IMG/VR virus record: IMGVR_UViG_3300044733_004754
Direction: 5' to 3' (one strand)
DNA length: 64,000 nucleotides
From: a virus
The position numbers and the translations under genes are program-made. The stretch's first letter is position 1. Each line of letters opens with the position of its first letter. The notes under the pieces were generated by a model. It saw nothing but the letters and a program-made list of their open reading frames with translations. It did not search any database and was not told the origin of the DNA. Below are positions 1 to 10,230 of the stretch, in pieces.

Positions 1-217
1 TGAAGAGCGGGGCTGGGAACCTAATGGCCTGAAGATCCTCAAAGCCGATCTATCGATTTACACGGATGCAGATCCTGAGTTACAAATGCTTCAAGCACGA
101 ATCGACGTTCAAAAACAAAAGATATCTTTCCTCGAGTCAGTCATAAAGACAATATCTAACAGGGGCTTCTTGATTAAGAACATGATCGATTGGGAGAGGT
201 TTAAGGTAGGTGCATGA
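1..217 (+). CDS. uvsY: UvsY recombination mediator, 3' part (truncated by window edge)
   Basis: Frame 2 reads ...ILKADLSIYTDADPEL...ISNRGFLIKNMIDWERFKVGA*, a typical UvsY C-terminus; ATGA overlap with uvsW as in T4-like synteny. Confidence 0.85.
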   Translation, partial: EERGWEPNGLKILKADLSIYTDADPELQMLQARIDVQKQKISFLESVIKTISNRGFLIKNMIDWERFKVGA

Positions 218-1683
218 CAGAAACACTTCGCATTCACAAACTTAACGACGTACATCTTAAAGTTGTTTGTGATGCTGGTATACTTTACGAACTAGGTGAG
301 TACTTTACATTCAATGTCCCTGGTGCTAGATTTTCTCCTGCATTTAAAAATAGGGTGTGGGATGGAAAAATCCGTCTCTTTCATTCTATGCGTGGTACGC
401 TGTACACAGGACTTTTAAACGAACTCTTATCTTTTGCAAAAGATAGGAAATATAACGTTGAGTATGATAATCTGGATGATTTTGCTGAGGATGAATTTCC
501 TGATCAAAAAGCAAACGAGTTTATATTTACATTGGAATTACCGCATACTGTTCGGGATTATCAGTACGAAGCATTTGTACATTGCGTGAGACGAAACAGA
601 GCGTTGTTGTTATCACCAACCGCGTCGGGCAAGTCATTAATTATCTTTATGCTTGCTGCATATTATGTTAACGAAAAGGTTTTAATTGTAACCCCAAACG
701 TTAGCCTTGTACATCAAATGGCAGCCGACTTTATTTCTTATGGGTGTCCCGAGCACCTCATACACAAGATTCATGAAGGCCAACCAAAAGACAACCCAGA
801 CGCATACTTTACTATCACCACATGGCAAAGTATATACAAACAACCAAAAAAGTGGTTTGATAAGTACGGTGCTGTTATAGGTGATGAGGCTCATCAATTC
901 AAAGCAAAGAGTCTTGTAAGTATAATGGAGCAGCTTGTTCATTGTCGTTATAGGTTCGGATTTACAGGAACATTGGACGGTACCAATACTAACAAGTTAG
1001 TGCTCGAGGGATTGTTTGGCCCTGTTAGACAAGTAACAACAACATCAGAAATGATGCAAAAGAAGAACGTAGCTCAGTTACAAATAAAAGCGCTTGTACT
1101 CAACTACAGTGAAGCAACCCGTAAACTCTTTGCTAAGAGTAGACCTGATTATAAAAGTGAGCTCAAATACATTGTACGTTCTACGCCTCGTAATAAGTTC
1201 TTGATAAACCTTGCATCATCCCTTAAAAACAATACTTTATTGTTGTTTAATTTTGTTGAACATGGTAAGTTGCTGTATAATGCCATTAAACAGCAGAATC
1301 CTAATAGGTCAGTTTTCATGGTGTATGGTAAAGTTGAGGGTGAGGAAAGAGAAGATATACGTAAGTACACAGAAGAAAATACTGACGTGATTATAGTCGC
1401 GTCCTATAAAACATTCTCAACAGGTATAAACATTCCCAGCTTGGAAAATGTAATTTTTGGTAGCCCTAGTAAATCAAGAGTACGAGTATTGCAATCCATT
1501 GGTCGAGCGTTACGAGTAAGCGATAAAAAAGAGTCAGCTAAATTATACGATGTAGCTGACGATATATCATGGCAATCGTATAAAAATACTTCAATACGAC
1601 ATTTCTCTGAGAGAGTTCAAATGTATAATCAAGAACAGTTTGATTATAAAATTTATACAATCAACGTAAAGGACAACTCATGA
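214..1683 (+). CDS. uvsW: UvsW SF2 DNA helicase
   Basis: WDGKIRLF, SPTASGKS, DEAH, TGT and QSIGRALR motifs. Confidence 0.95.
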   Translation: MTETLRIHKLNDVHLKVVCDAGILYELGEYFTFNVPGARFSPAFKNRVWDGKIRLFHSMRGTLYTGLLNELLSFAKDRKYNVEYDNLDDFAEDEFPDQKANEFIFTLELPHTVRDYQYEAFVHCVRRNRALLLSPTASGKSLIIFMLAAYYVNEKVLIVTPNVSLVHQMAADFISYGCPEHLIHKIHEGQPKDNPDAYFTITTWQSIYKQPKKWFDKYGAVIGDEAHQFKAKSLVSIMEQLVHCRYRFGFTGTLDGTNTNKLVLEGLFGPVRQVTTTSEMMQKKNVAQLQIKALVLNYSEATRKLFAKSRPDYKSELKYIVRSTPRNKFLINLASSLKNNTLLLFNFVEHGKLLYNAIKQQNPNRSVFMVYGKVEGEEREDIRKYTEENTDVIIVASYKTFSTGINIPSLENVIFGSPSKSRVRVLQSIGRALRVSDKKESAKLYDVADDISWQSYKNTSIRHFSERVQMYNQEQFDYKIYTINVKDNS

Positions 1684-2069
1684 ACTCAATAATTTTAGTT
1701 AAACTAGCAGATGGTAATGAGTTGATTGGTGAGTTACTTGAAGATCAAAAAACTCATATAAGGCTAATGAAAGCTCTACAGATTCATTATCGTTATTACA
1801 TGGGTGGCATTCCGCATATATCCTTTTCACGATACATGATGTTTACTGCTGAGCCTCATGTTGTTATTGATACGAGACACGTCATGACTATTGCATTAGC
1901 TCGTAAAGCATTCGTTGACTACTACATCGACAATGTGGAAGATTACTTTAGTGGCTCGGAAGACATCGTCGATAACGAACTGACATCAGCTTTGTCTACC
2001 ACACAAAAAGAACAACAAATGAAAAAAATTCTTGAATCAATGCCAACAGATAAAGCGACATTAAATTAA
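1680..2069 (+). CDS. Conserved T4-like hypothetical protein (Sm-like N-terminus)
   Basis: LVKLADGNELIG start; lies between uvsW and gp55. Confidence 0.6.
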   Translation: MNSIILVKLADGNELIGELLEDQKTHIRLMKALQIHYRYYMGGIPHISFSRYMMFTAEPHVVIDTRHVMTIALARKAFVDYYIDNVEDYFSGSEDIVDNELTSALSTTQKEQQMKKILESMPTDKATLN

Positions 2070-2070
2070 C

Positions 2071-2622
2071 ATGAGCACACATTACGTTGATAATAAACAA
2101 TTATATACAGTCATTCTTCAGTACAAAGTAGACGTTGAAAATGCCGAAGTACAAGGATTATCAAAACCACAAATTCCTAACTATGTTGGGGAATGTATCT
2201 TGCTTATCGCTCAGCGGCTTGCAACCAAACCCAACTTTATTAATTATTCATATCGAGAGGAAATGATAAGTGATGGAATCGAAAACTGTATTAGCTATTT
2301 TGATAACTTTGATCCTAGCAAGTCCGATAATCCTTTTGCTTATTTCACACAAATCATATATTTCGCATTTCTTCGACGAATTCAAAAAGAAAAGAAACAG
2401 GTCTATATAAAACACAAAACTGCTGAAAATAGTATGGTGTTTAATGAGATTATAGAACAGGCTGACGGTGACGACTTTATGCCCGTGCTTGAAATTGATG
2501 CCGATAACATATCTGAATTTATCAGGGCATTTGAGGAAAACATTGACAAGAAAAAAGTAAAAAGAAAGAAGGGTGTTGAGTTGTTTATTGAGGAAGATAA
2601 TGAAAATAGCGTTGTTGGGTGA
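2071..2622 (+). CDS. gp55: Late-transcription sigma factor gp55
   Basis: HYVDNK, NFINYSYREEMISDGIENC and NPFAYFTQIIYFAFLRRIQKEKKQ. Confidence 0.95.
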   Translation: MSTHYVDNKQLYTVILQYKVDVENAEVQGLSKPQIPNYVGECILLIAQRLATKPNFINYSYREEMISDGIENCISYFDNFDPSKSDNPFAYFTQIIYFAFLRRIQKEKKQVYIKHKTAENSMVFNEIIEQADGDDFMPVLEIDADNISEFIRAFEENIDKKKVKRKKGVELFIEEDNENSVVG

Positions 2623-3649
2623 CGTGCATTTTGGCGCGCGTAATGATAGCGCTGCCTTTCATAAGCACTTCGCTAAATTCTATAATGAAGTCTTTTTTCC
2701 CTATCTTGAGGAACACAACATCCTTCATGTTATTCAATTGGGTGATGTGTTCGACCGTCGTAAGTATGTTAACTTTCAAAGTCTTCAGCTTGCTCGGGAA
2801 TATTTCTTTAATCGTTTAAACAAAGATTATGTGTCGTGGTTGTTGGTTGGTAATCACGACACATACTATAAAAACACCAATGAAGTAAATTCGTTAGACC
2901 TTTTGCTACAGGGATATCATAACATCCATCGTATTAATAGGTGCCGATCAGTTGAGTTTGAAGATGTTAATTTTATGTTGGTACCCTGGTGGTGTGAAGA
3001 TAATGATGCTCATATCAGGGAAGTATTATCGAGCACATCAGCAACTCATATTGTAGGTCATTTTGAAATTGACGGCTTTGATTTATACAAGGGTGTATCT
3101 TATCAAGGTGAAATAAAACCTTCGCTGTTCAAAAACTTTGAGGCAGTTTATACAGGACATTTCCATCATAAATCGTCTCGAGGGAATATTCATTACCTAG
3201 GTACACCATACGAACTCACGTGGTCAGACTTTGATGATCCAAAAGGATTTCATGTGTTTGATACGGAAACACGAGAGTTATCTTTTGTGCAAAATCCATT
3301 TAAGTTACATCACAAATTATATTATAATGATACGACTATGGATGTTATGAACATTGACCTATCACAATACAATGAAACATTTGTGAAGGTAATTATAGGA
3401 AGCAAATCTAACCCATATATGTTTGATCTGTTTATTGATAAACTTGAAAAAGCAGGCGCATACAGTGTTCAAGTTGTCGACGATCATTTTCATATGGACA
3501 CACTTCAGGATACAGATATAGTAAGTGAGGCAGAGGATACACGAACAATTGTAACCAAATATATTAAACAGCTCGATCATGTTGTAGATAAACAACAGTT
3601 GGAGTCGTTGATGTTAACGCTTTATGAAGAAGCATTGAATGTGGAGTGA
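2600..3649 (+). CDS. gp47: gp47 recombination endonuclease (Mre11/SbcD-like)
   Basis: GDVHFG, LGDVFD, GNHD and GHFH phosphoesterase motifs; ATG at 2600 after AGGAAG. Confidence 0.93.
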   Translation: MKIALLGDVHFGARNDSAAFHKHFAKFYNEVFFPYLEEHNILHVIQLGDVFDRRKYVNFQSLQLAREYFFNRLNKDYVSWLLVGNHDTYYKNTNEVNSLDLLLQGYHNIHRINRCRSVEFEDVNFMLVPWWCEDNDAHIREVLSSTSATHIVGHFEIDGFDLYKGVSYQGEIKPSLFKNFEAVYTGHFHHKSSRGNIHYLGTPYELTWSDFDDPKGFHVFDTETRELSFVQNPFKLHHKLYYNDTTMDVMNIDLSQYNETFVKVIIGSKSNPYMFDLFIDKLEKAGAYSVQVVDDHFHMDTLQDTDIVSEAEDTRTIVTKYIKQLDHVVDKQQLESLMLTLYEEALNVE

Positions 3650-3652
3650 AGG

Positions 3653-5368
3653 TTGATTGTATTTAAGAATTTGAGATGGATGAATCTTTTAAGCACTGGT
3701 AATGTATTTACAGAAGTGTCACTAGATACACACGGACAAACCTTGATTGTCGGTGAGAACGGTGCTGGTAAATCAACCATTCTCGACGCCTTGTCATTTG
3801 TTTTGTATGGCAAATCTTTTCGCAAGATTAACAAACCACAACTTGTCAATACAATAAATGAAAAGAATCTTTTAGTTGAATGTGATTTTTCTATTGGTAA
3901 TCGCACGTACAAAGTACGTCGTGGCATTAAGCCAACTGTGTTTGAGATTTACATTGATGGGAGTTTGTTGAATCAAGACGCAGAGTCGGTCGACTATCAG
4001 GATGTGTTAGAGAAGCAGATTCTTAAACTTAACCACAAAACATTTTCACAGGTTGTCGTTCTCGGTAGTGCATCCTTTGTTCCTTTTATGCAACTAGCGG
4101 CTCAACCTCGTCGTGATATTATTGAGGACTTACTGGATATACAGGTGTTCACAACAATGAACACACTATTGAAAGAAAAGATCACTACGAATAAAAATAA
4201 CCTTGTTGATGTTGATTATCGTATATCTAATACTGAAGATAAGATCAATATTGAGAAACAACACCTTTCTGTACTAGAGCAGAACAAAGATGATCTTGTT
4301 AAACAAAAAACACAACAAATAGATTACTATATTGAACAGGTGAAAAATGCTAATTCCCAAGCAGCAACTCTCTTATACGAAATTACCGAACTGCAAAGTA
4401 CTATTAACGATCAGAGCAAGGTACGGTCAAGGCAGGAGAAAATACTTACGCTTTCTAGACGAATTGACATTAACCTTGAAAAAGCACAAAAAGACGAAGA
4501 ATTCTTCAAAGCTCATGATAACTGTCCCACTTGTCGTCAAGGGATCGCAGACGGACATAAAGCCAGTATACTTAAAGAAACAAGTAGCAAACTGTATGAA
4601 ATACAACAGGGTAAACAAAAGATTGCGGAAGAATTGGCTGCTATCTCTGCCCGTCTAATAGAAATCACTAACATTACATCAATAATAACAGCTAAGCAAA
4701 ATGAGGTGTCCACTAAACAAATCCAGGTTGCTGCATGGGAAAATTTTGTTCAGTACACACAAAAAGAAATCGATACTCTTGTTGTAGACAACGATTTCAA
4801 TGCTAATAAAGACAGACTGATCGATCTACAAAATAAGTTGCAAGAATTGGGACAGCTAAAAGAGAAGTTAGTTAGAGAAAAGTCTGTATATGATGTGGCC
4901 GGTGTTTTGTTAAAAGATGCTGGTATTAAAACAAAAATCATACGTCAGTATATTCCTGTCATTAACAAACTCATCAACAAGTATCTGGCGGCAATGGATT
5001 TCTTCGTTAATTTCGAACTCAATGAGAACTTCGAAGAGAAAATAAAATCACGATTCCGTGATGATTTTAGTTACTCTTCATTTAGCGAGGGTGAGAAGTC
5101 ACGTATTGATTTGGCTTTGTTATTTACGTGGCGTGCTATAGCTAAACTGCGTAACAGTGCGAGTACTAACATTCTTATTCTGGATGAAGTGTTTGATGGT
5201 TCGTTGGATGCCAGAGGTAATGAAGAGCTACTAAAGATTCTACAAACCCTCACAGAGGGTAGTAATGTGTTCGTCATCTCTCATAAAACAGACGCGTTCC
5301 TTGATAAGTTTGAAAGAGTCCTTAAATTTGAAAAACACAAAAACTTTAGCAGGATGATTACATTATGA
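3653..5368 (+). CDS. gp46: gp46 recombination ATPase (Rad50/SbcC-like)
   Basis: GENGAGKS, CPTC zinc hook, FSEGEK signature, LDEVFD, SHK. Confidence 0.95.
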   Translation: MIVFKNLRWMNLLSTGNVFTEVSLDTHGQTLIVGENGAGKSTILDALSFVLYGKSFRKINKPQLVNTINEKNLLVECDFSIGNRTYKVRRGIKPTVFEIYIDGSLLNQDAESVDYQDVLEKQILKLNHKTFSQVVVLGSASFVPFMQLAAQPRRDIIEDLLDIQVFTTMNTLLKEKITTNKNNLVDVDYRISNTEDKINIEKQHLSVLEQNKDDLVKQKTQQIDYYIEQVKNANSQAATLLYEITELQSTINDQSKVRSRQEKILTLSRRIDINLEKAQKDEEFFKAHDNCPTCRQGIADGHKASILKETSSKLYEIQQGKQKIAEELAAISARLIEITNITSIITAKQNEVSTKQIQVAAWENFVQYTQKEIDTLVVDNDFNANKDRLIDLQNKLQELGQLKEKLVREKSVYDVAGVLLKDAGIKTKIIRQYIPVINKLINKYLAAMDFFVNFELNENFEEKIKSRFRDDFSYSSFSEGEKSRIDLALLFTWRAIAKLRNSASTNILILDEVFDGSLDARGNEELLKILQTLTEGSNVFVISHKTDAFLDKFERVLKFEKHKNFSRMITL

Positions 5369-5883
5369 AATTTAAGCACGTTAAACCTGATGATATAATC
5401 CTTACCAGAAACACCGAGCCCTTCAGTTTTTCGGATCCACCTATTGATCCTATTGAGCTTGCAAAAGATCTTTATGAAACACTGATGGAAACAAAATACC
5501 TAGGGTTGTCAGCACCACAAGTAGGTTTGCCATATCGAGTGTTTGCTCTAAGAACAACGCCTGGTATTGTTTGCTTTAATCCTAAAATTGTTGATAGGTC
5601 AAACGAAGAACTACTTCTTGATGAAATGAGTATGACACATGAACATCTGATTGTTCCTGTAAAAAGACCGAAGAAAATAAAAGTACGGTTTACTCTACCG
5701 AATGGGGAAATAAAGACTGAAGTATTTGATGGTATGACCGCGAGATATTTCATGCATCACCTTGACTACCTCGATGGCGTCGTGTATACTCAGCGAGCCA
5801 ATAAGCTACACTATCAGCGCGCTTTGCGCAAGAAAAAAATCTTAGATAGGCAGAACAAACGTGAACAAAAGGATATAGAATGA
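5365..5883 (+). CDS. def: Peptide deformylase-like protein with degenerate catalytic motifs
   Basis: LGLSAPQVG and NPKI match the PDF fold, but EGCLS reads EMSMT and QHExDH reads MHHLDY. Confidence 0.85.
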   Translation: MKFKHVKPDDIILTRNTEPFSFSDPPIDPIELAKDLYETLMETKYLGLSAPQVGLPYRVFALRTTPGIVCFNPKIVDRSNEELLLDEMSMTHEHLIVPVKRPKKIKVRFTLPNGEIKTEVFDGMTARYFMHHLDYLDGVVYTQRANKLHYQRALRKKKILDRQNKREQKDIE

Positions 5884-6641
5884 AGACAGTAATCTTTGGA
5901 AAGGGTAAGGTGGGTATGGCCACCGATATTACTTTGGAAACAAATGCAGACTTTCATGATCCATATAAGGGGGTTCATGTTGATGATTTTAGTAAATATG
6001 AGCTTGCTATCATTTGTGTATCTTCACTAGTTGAAGGACCACATGATCACTCGGCCATTACCGAATGTTTGGTAAAATTAAATGATGTAAAGTTTGATGG
6101 ATTGATTGCCATTCGCTGTACAGTTTCGCCAGCATTTCTCAGCTTGTGGGAAAAACAGTTTCCCAATTTGAAGATCGTTCATTTCCCCGAATTCATGAAA
6201 CAAGGGGATGACAATTATTTGGACGAACCGTGGATTGTTGTGCTTGGAGGTAAGACATCCTTGACGCAGGAGCTTGGTGCATTCCTCATGCGACGTGGGT
6301 ATGGTACTCCTTCAATGCTACACTTTTGTAGCTTAGCTGAGAGCTCACTCATCAAACTACATCAGAACGCAGGACTTGCATTAAAAGTAACATATGCAAA
6401 CATTATGTACGAAACGTGCAAAGCATACGGAGCTGATTATGATGTTGTACGTAAAGGTGTAGCCGCGGATGTACGCGTTGGGCCAGGACACTTGCAAGTA
6501 CCTGGTGAACATGGTTTTGGATTTGCTGGCCATTGTCTACCGAAGGACCTACGTTGCTTAGACAACGCATCCTACAATAGAGGGTTCTGGAATAAAATCC
6601 TTTCTATTAATGATGAACTGAGGAAAAAGAATGTCGGATAA
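5880..6641 (+). CDS. UDP-glucose/GDP-mannose dehydrogenase-like protein (short, lacks C-terminal domain)
   Basis: GKGKVG Rossmann motif, PEF, and GFAGHCLPKD catalytic-Cys motif. Confidence 0.8.
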   Translation: MKTVIFGKGKVGMATDITLETNADFHDPYKGVHVDDFSKYELAIICVSSLVEGPHDHSAITECLVKLNDVKFDGLIAIRCTVSPAFLSLWEKQFPNLKIVHFPEFMKQGDDNYLDEPWIVVLGGKTSLTQELGAFLMRRGYGTPSMLHFCSLAESSLIKLHQNAGLALKVTYANIMYETCKAYGADYDVVRKGVAADVRVGPGHLQVPGEHGFGFAGHCLPKDLRCLDNASYNRGFWNKILSINDELRKKNVG

Positions 6642-7542
6642 AAAGATTGCCTATAGTGAAATCTTTCACTCAATACAGGGTGAGGGACATTACACTGGGC
6701 GCCCTACGGCATGGCTGCGATTCTTTCTGTGTAACCTGCAGTGCAATGGTTTTGGACAAAAAGATCCTACCGATCCTTCAACGTATGTTCTGCCCTATAA
6801 AGAGGTTAACATTGAAGGTATTAAAAGACTCGAGGATCTTCCTGTTTGGAAATATGGATGTGATTCGTCATATTCGTGGTCGGCAAAATTTAAGCATTTG
6901 CAGCATAAGCACATAGCAGAGGATATTTGCACACGTATCCGTCAATCAATGTACCATCCAACTAATCTAGAAGGTAGATTTAACAAAGTTGACGGTACAA
7001 TGCAGCATATGTGCTTTACAGGTGGTGAGCCCTTGATGCGCCATGCACAAATGGCTGCTATTGATATCATTGATCACTTCGCGACAGAAGGCGATTACCC
7101 GTTGTTCATGACGTGGGAGACTAACGGAACACAGGAACTGACGTCGGAGTTTTCTGATTACTTTAGTTCTTATCCGGGTGAAGTATTCTTTTCCGTTTCA
7201 CCAAAACTGTTTACAACATCGGGAGAAAAAACAGAGGATGCTATTAAGCCTGAGATCGTAAAGACCTATGAAGACCTCTCACCACATGGTCAACTGAAGT
7301 TTGTCGTGAACGGCTCAGTTGAGTCATGGAATGAATTGGAAACAACACTAGTTAAATTCAGAGAAGCAGGCGTGACATATCCTGTTTGGGTAATGAGTGC
7401 TGGTGCCACACTCGAGGCTCAAAAAGGAACCGAAGCTAACTACATCGGAGAAGCTCATATTGCTCAAGAAGCATATAAGCGTGGTTACAACTACTCCTCG
7501 CGTGTGCATGTTCACATCTGGGGAAACACTATGGGGACATAA
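6631..7542 (+). CDS. queE: 7-carboxy-7-deazaguanine synthase, radical SAM
   Basis: EIFHSIQGEG, CNLQC...GCD, TGGEPL, ETNGT, SVSPKL, RVHVHIWG. Confidence 0.92.
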   Translation: MSDKKIAYSEIFHSIQGEGHYTGRPTAWLRFFLCNLQCNGFGQKDPTDPSTYVLPYKEVNIEGIKRLEDLPVWKYGCDSSYSWSAKFKHLQHKHIAEDICTRIRQSMYHPTNLEGRFNKVDGTMQHMCFTGGEPLMRHAQMAAIDIIDHFATEGDYPLFMTWETNGTQELTSEFSDYFSSYPGEVFFSVSPKLFTTSGEKTEDAIKPEIVKTYEDLSPHGQLKFVVNGSVESWNELETTLVKFREAGVTYPVWVMSAGATLEAQKGTEANYIGEAHIAQEAYKRGYNYSSRVHVHIWGNTMGT

Positions 7543-7545
7543 TAA

Positions 7546-8073
7546 ATGATGTGGGATTCGCAATACGGGCCTAGACCAAGGCAATACAAATACGTTTCAA
7601 CAAAAGAATATCACGATGCATTTCCTTGTGCATATAGGCAGTGGAAAGCCGACAGTCATTGCAACATGATCCATGGTTACAGTTTCTCAATGAAGTTCTA
7701 TTTTGGAACTGATCACCTCGATGTTCGTAATTGGGTTGCGGATTATGGTGGCCTAAAAGAGCTCAAACATTTTCTAGAAAGCCAATTTGATCATACGTTG
7801 CTCGTAGCTCAGGATGACCCTGAACTCGAGATTTACAAAGAGCTTGAAAGACGTAAGCTGGCCAAGCTAACAATCCTTTCTAAGCTGGGCTGTGAAGGAT
7901 TAGCCGATCAGCTTTATAAATATGTTAATGGTGTTTACATTCCTGATATGTGGGGACCCAGTGAGGCAAAGCGTTTGTGGTGCTTCCGTGTGGAAGTTCG
8001 TGAAACGCAAAGCAATATGGCTTTTAGAGAGGGTCATAGAGAATGGGATGAAGATTTGTTTGAAGGATTATGA
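7546..8073 (+). CDS. queD: 6-carboxytetrahydropterin synthase
   Basis: HCNMIHGY (CxxxHGH-like), DYG.LK, FDHTLL, VRET. Confidence 0.88.
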   Translation: MMWDSQYGPRPRQYKYVSTKEYHDAFPCAYRQWKADSHCNMIHGYSFSMKFYFGTDHLDVRNWVADYGGLKELKHFLESQFDHTLLVAQDDPELEIYKELERRKLAKLTILSKLGCEGLADQLYKYVNGVYIPDMWGPSEAKRLWCFRVEVRETQSNMAFREGHREWDEDLFEGL

Positions 8074-8927
8074 TGAGTGTAAGAATTTTAGTTATGGGGC
8101 TACCTGGATCAGGTAAGACGTACTTGACGCAGCGATTGAAAGAATATATTGAAACGCGTAGCGACTTTAGTACTATGCCATCAGAGAAACTCCTCAATTA
8201 TGAAGCACCTCCTCTGTTTTATAAATCGACTGTTGAATGGTTTAATGCAGATGAGATCCGTAAGAAATTTAATGATTGGGATTTTTCAAAAGAAGGAAGA
8301 ATCCGTCAGTCATTAAGAATGGCTCAATTTGCTTTAGCTTGTAAAAGCGATTATGTTATTTGTGATTTTATTGCCCCACTACCCGAGATGCGTCATAACT
8401 TTAAAGCAGATTGGGTAATTTGGATGGACACAATCGATGTCGGTAAGTATCAAGATACAAACAAGATGTTTGTTCCACCTGACCTATATGATTTTAGAAT
8501 TACAGAGATGAATGCGGAGAAATGGGTACCCTTTATTGGCGAACACATTCTGCATAACGAGCGACGTCCAACATTCAGTTGGAACAAGCCAACAGTTCAA
8601 ATGCTCGGAAGATGGCAGCCGTGGCATGGAGGACATCGAGCTTTGTTTGAGCGTGCTATAAAAAAGACCGGTCAAGTGTGTATAATGATTAGGGATAGTC
8701 ATGGTACGACGGGCAATCCATTTACAGCTGAACAAGTTAAAGATTTTGTTAAACGTGATCTGGACCCTGAGTATCAAGGCATGTATGAAGTAATACTCGT
8801 CCCCAACATTACAAACATTACATATGGTCGCGATGTTGGATACACAATTGAACAAGAAACATTTGATGAGGCTATAACAAATATCAGTGCTACTAATATC
8901 AGAAAAATGATGGGAATAATCAAATGA
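8070..8927 (+). CDS. APS kinase-like domain fused to an HxGH nucleotidyltransferase (candidate mini PAPS synthase)
   Basis: N-terminal GLPGSGKT, NADEIR, DFSKEGR (CysC-like); C-terminal GRWQPWHGGH, YGRDVG, ISATNIR. Confidence 0.7.
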   Translation: MMSVRILVMGLPGSGKTYLTQRLKEYIETRSDFSTMPSEKLLNYEAPPLFYKSTVEWFNADEIRKKFNDWDFSKEGRIRQSLRMAQFALACKSDYVICDFIAPLPEMRHNFKADWVIWMDTIDVGKYQDTNKMFVPPDLYDFRITEMNAEKWVPFIGEHILHNERRPTFSWNKPTVQMLGRWQPWHGGHRALFERAIKKTGQVCIMIRDSHGTTGNPFTAEQVKDFVKRDLDPEYQGMYEVILVPNITNITYGRDVGYTIEQETFDEAITNISATNIRKMMGIIK

Positions 8928-9556
8928 TCGTTTGTGCTACACCACGTTCAGGTGCAACTAAGTTTGCTTCTGATAAGGCTAAGGAACTTAATATCGAATA
9001 TTACGATGAAGTACGTCCAGGGACTACTAAGGTGTTCAGACAGTCCTTTAATAATGTAAAGTGGTTTACGGGTGGGAAAGGACAATACCACGAGCTGCCC
9101 TACACTAACCACTTAGATATGGAAAAGTTTTACGAAGTTTCAAAAGATCCAGGTAATCCAAATTACATCATTCTTGCCAATGGTACGAACAGTCATTGGT
9201 TGTTTGATAGAGCTGATTGGTTTGTAGCACGTCGAAATCTATATGACTGGATGTGTTCCGTATGTAACTTCTGGCTCTTGAACCGGCAAGGTAATATGGG
9301 CGTGCAATTAATGCAAACATATCTTGCATTCATGTTTGAAAATGCGTACGTGTTGTATGATTATTGTACACGAATGAATAAAAAAATTGAATGGTATGAA
9401 GATATGCCATATGCGCGGCGAACTCCGTATGTGTGGCTTAATAAGCATCCCGAATACAAAGAGATTCTTCGTACAATGGAATCATTCGTTCAATACACAA
9501 AAATACTTGATGTGAATAAAGAATTAACGTATGATAGAGGTTTTAAGGAGATATGA
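8924..9556 (+). CDS. Sulfotransferase-like protein
   Basis: N-terminal IVCATPRSGATKF resembles the 5'-PSB loop; RRNLYDWMCS resembles the 3'-PB R...S motif; follows the CysC-like gene. Confidence 0.55.
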   Translation: MIVCATPRSGATKFASDKAKELNIEYYDEVRPGTTKVFRQSFNNVKWFTGGKGQYHELPYTNHLDMEKFYEVSKDPGNPNYIILANGTNSHWLFDRADWFVARRNLYDWMCSVCNFWLLNRQGNMGVQLMQTYLAFMFENAYVLYDYCTRMNKKIEWYEDMPYARRTPYVWLNKHPEYKEILRTMESFVQYTKILDVNKELTYDRGFKEI

Positions 9557-10230
9557 TGGATAAAACCGATCCGCAGTTGGGTGAACAGGTACGTCAACAT
9601 CTTATTAAGGTTGGCCTTGAAACCCCTATGAACTATGACCTTGTAAAAATTAGTAACGAGGAAAAAATCGAGAAGATTAAGAACAACTTCTCTGAAATTA
9701 TGAATACGCTTGGTTTAGATCTAAGTGATGACTCTTTGTGTGATACTCCTAACCGTGTCGCAAAGATGTTTGTCAATGAAATCTTCTTTGGATTGGATTA
9801 CGATAATTTTCCAAAATGCACGCGTATTCAAAACAAGATGGGTGTCAACAACAGCTTTGTCCTAGAACGTAATGTTAATGTTCAATCAAACTGCGAACAT
9901 CATTTTGTAATCATCGACGGTAAAGCTACTGTGGCTTACATTCCGCGTGACACTATTCTAGGCCTTTCAAAACTCAATCGTATTGTTCAGTTCTTTGCTA
10001 AGCGTCCACAAGTACAGGAAAGGCTTACAGAACAAATTGCAGAAACGATTAGCTTCATCACTGGTTCCCCTGACGTTGCTGTATACATCGTTGGTGTGCA
10101 TTATTGTGTGAAATCACGAGGAATTCAGGACGTTGGTTCTTCAACAATGACGCTTGCAACACGCGGTGCATTCTCCGAGGAGCGCTCTGAAATTCGTCGC
10201 GAATTCCTTAATACGGCAAGGATGATGTGA
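9553..10230 (+). CDS. folE: GTP cyclohydrolase I
   Basis: TPNRVAKM, CEHH, LGLSKLNR, RPQVQERLT, HYCVKSRG. Confidence 0.96.
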   Translation: MMDKTDPQLGEQVRQHLIKVGLETPMNYDLVKISNEEKIEKIKNNFSEIMNTLGLDLSDDSLCDTPNRVAKMFVNEIFFGLDYDNFPKCTRIQNKMGVNNSFVLERNVNVQSNCEHHFVIIDGKATVAYIPRDTILGLSKLNRIVQFFAKRPQVQERLTEQIAETISFITGSPDVAVYIVGVHYCVKSRGIQDVGSSTMTLATRGAFSEERSEIRREFLNTARMM

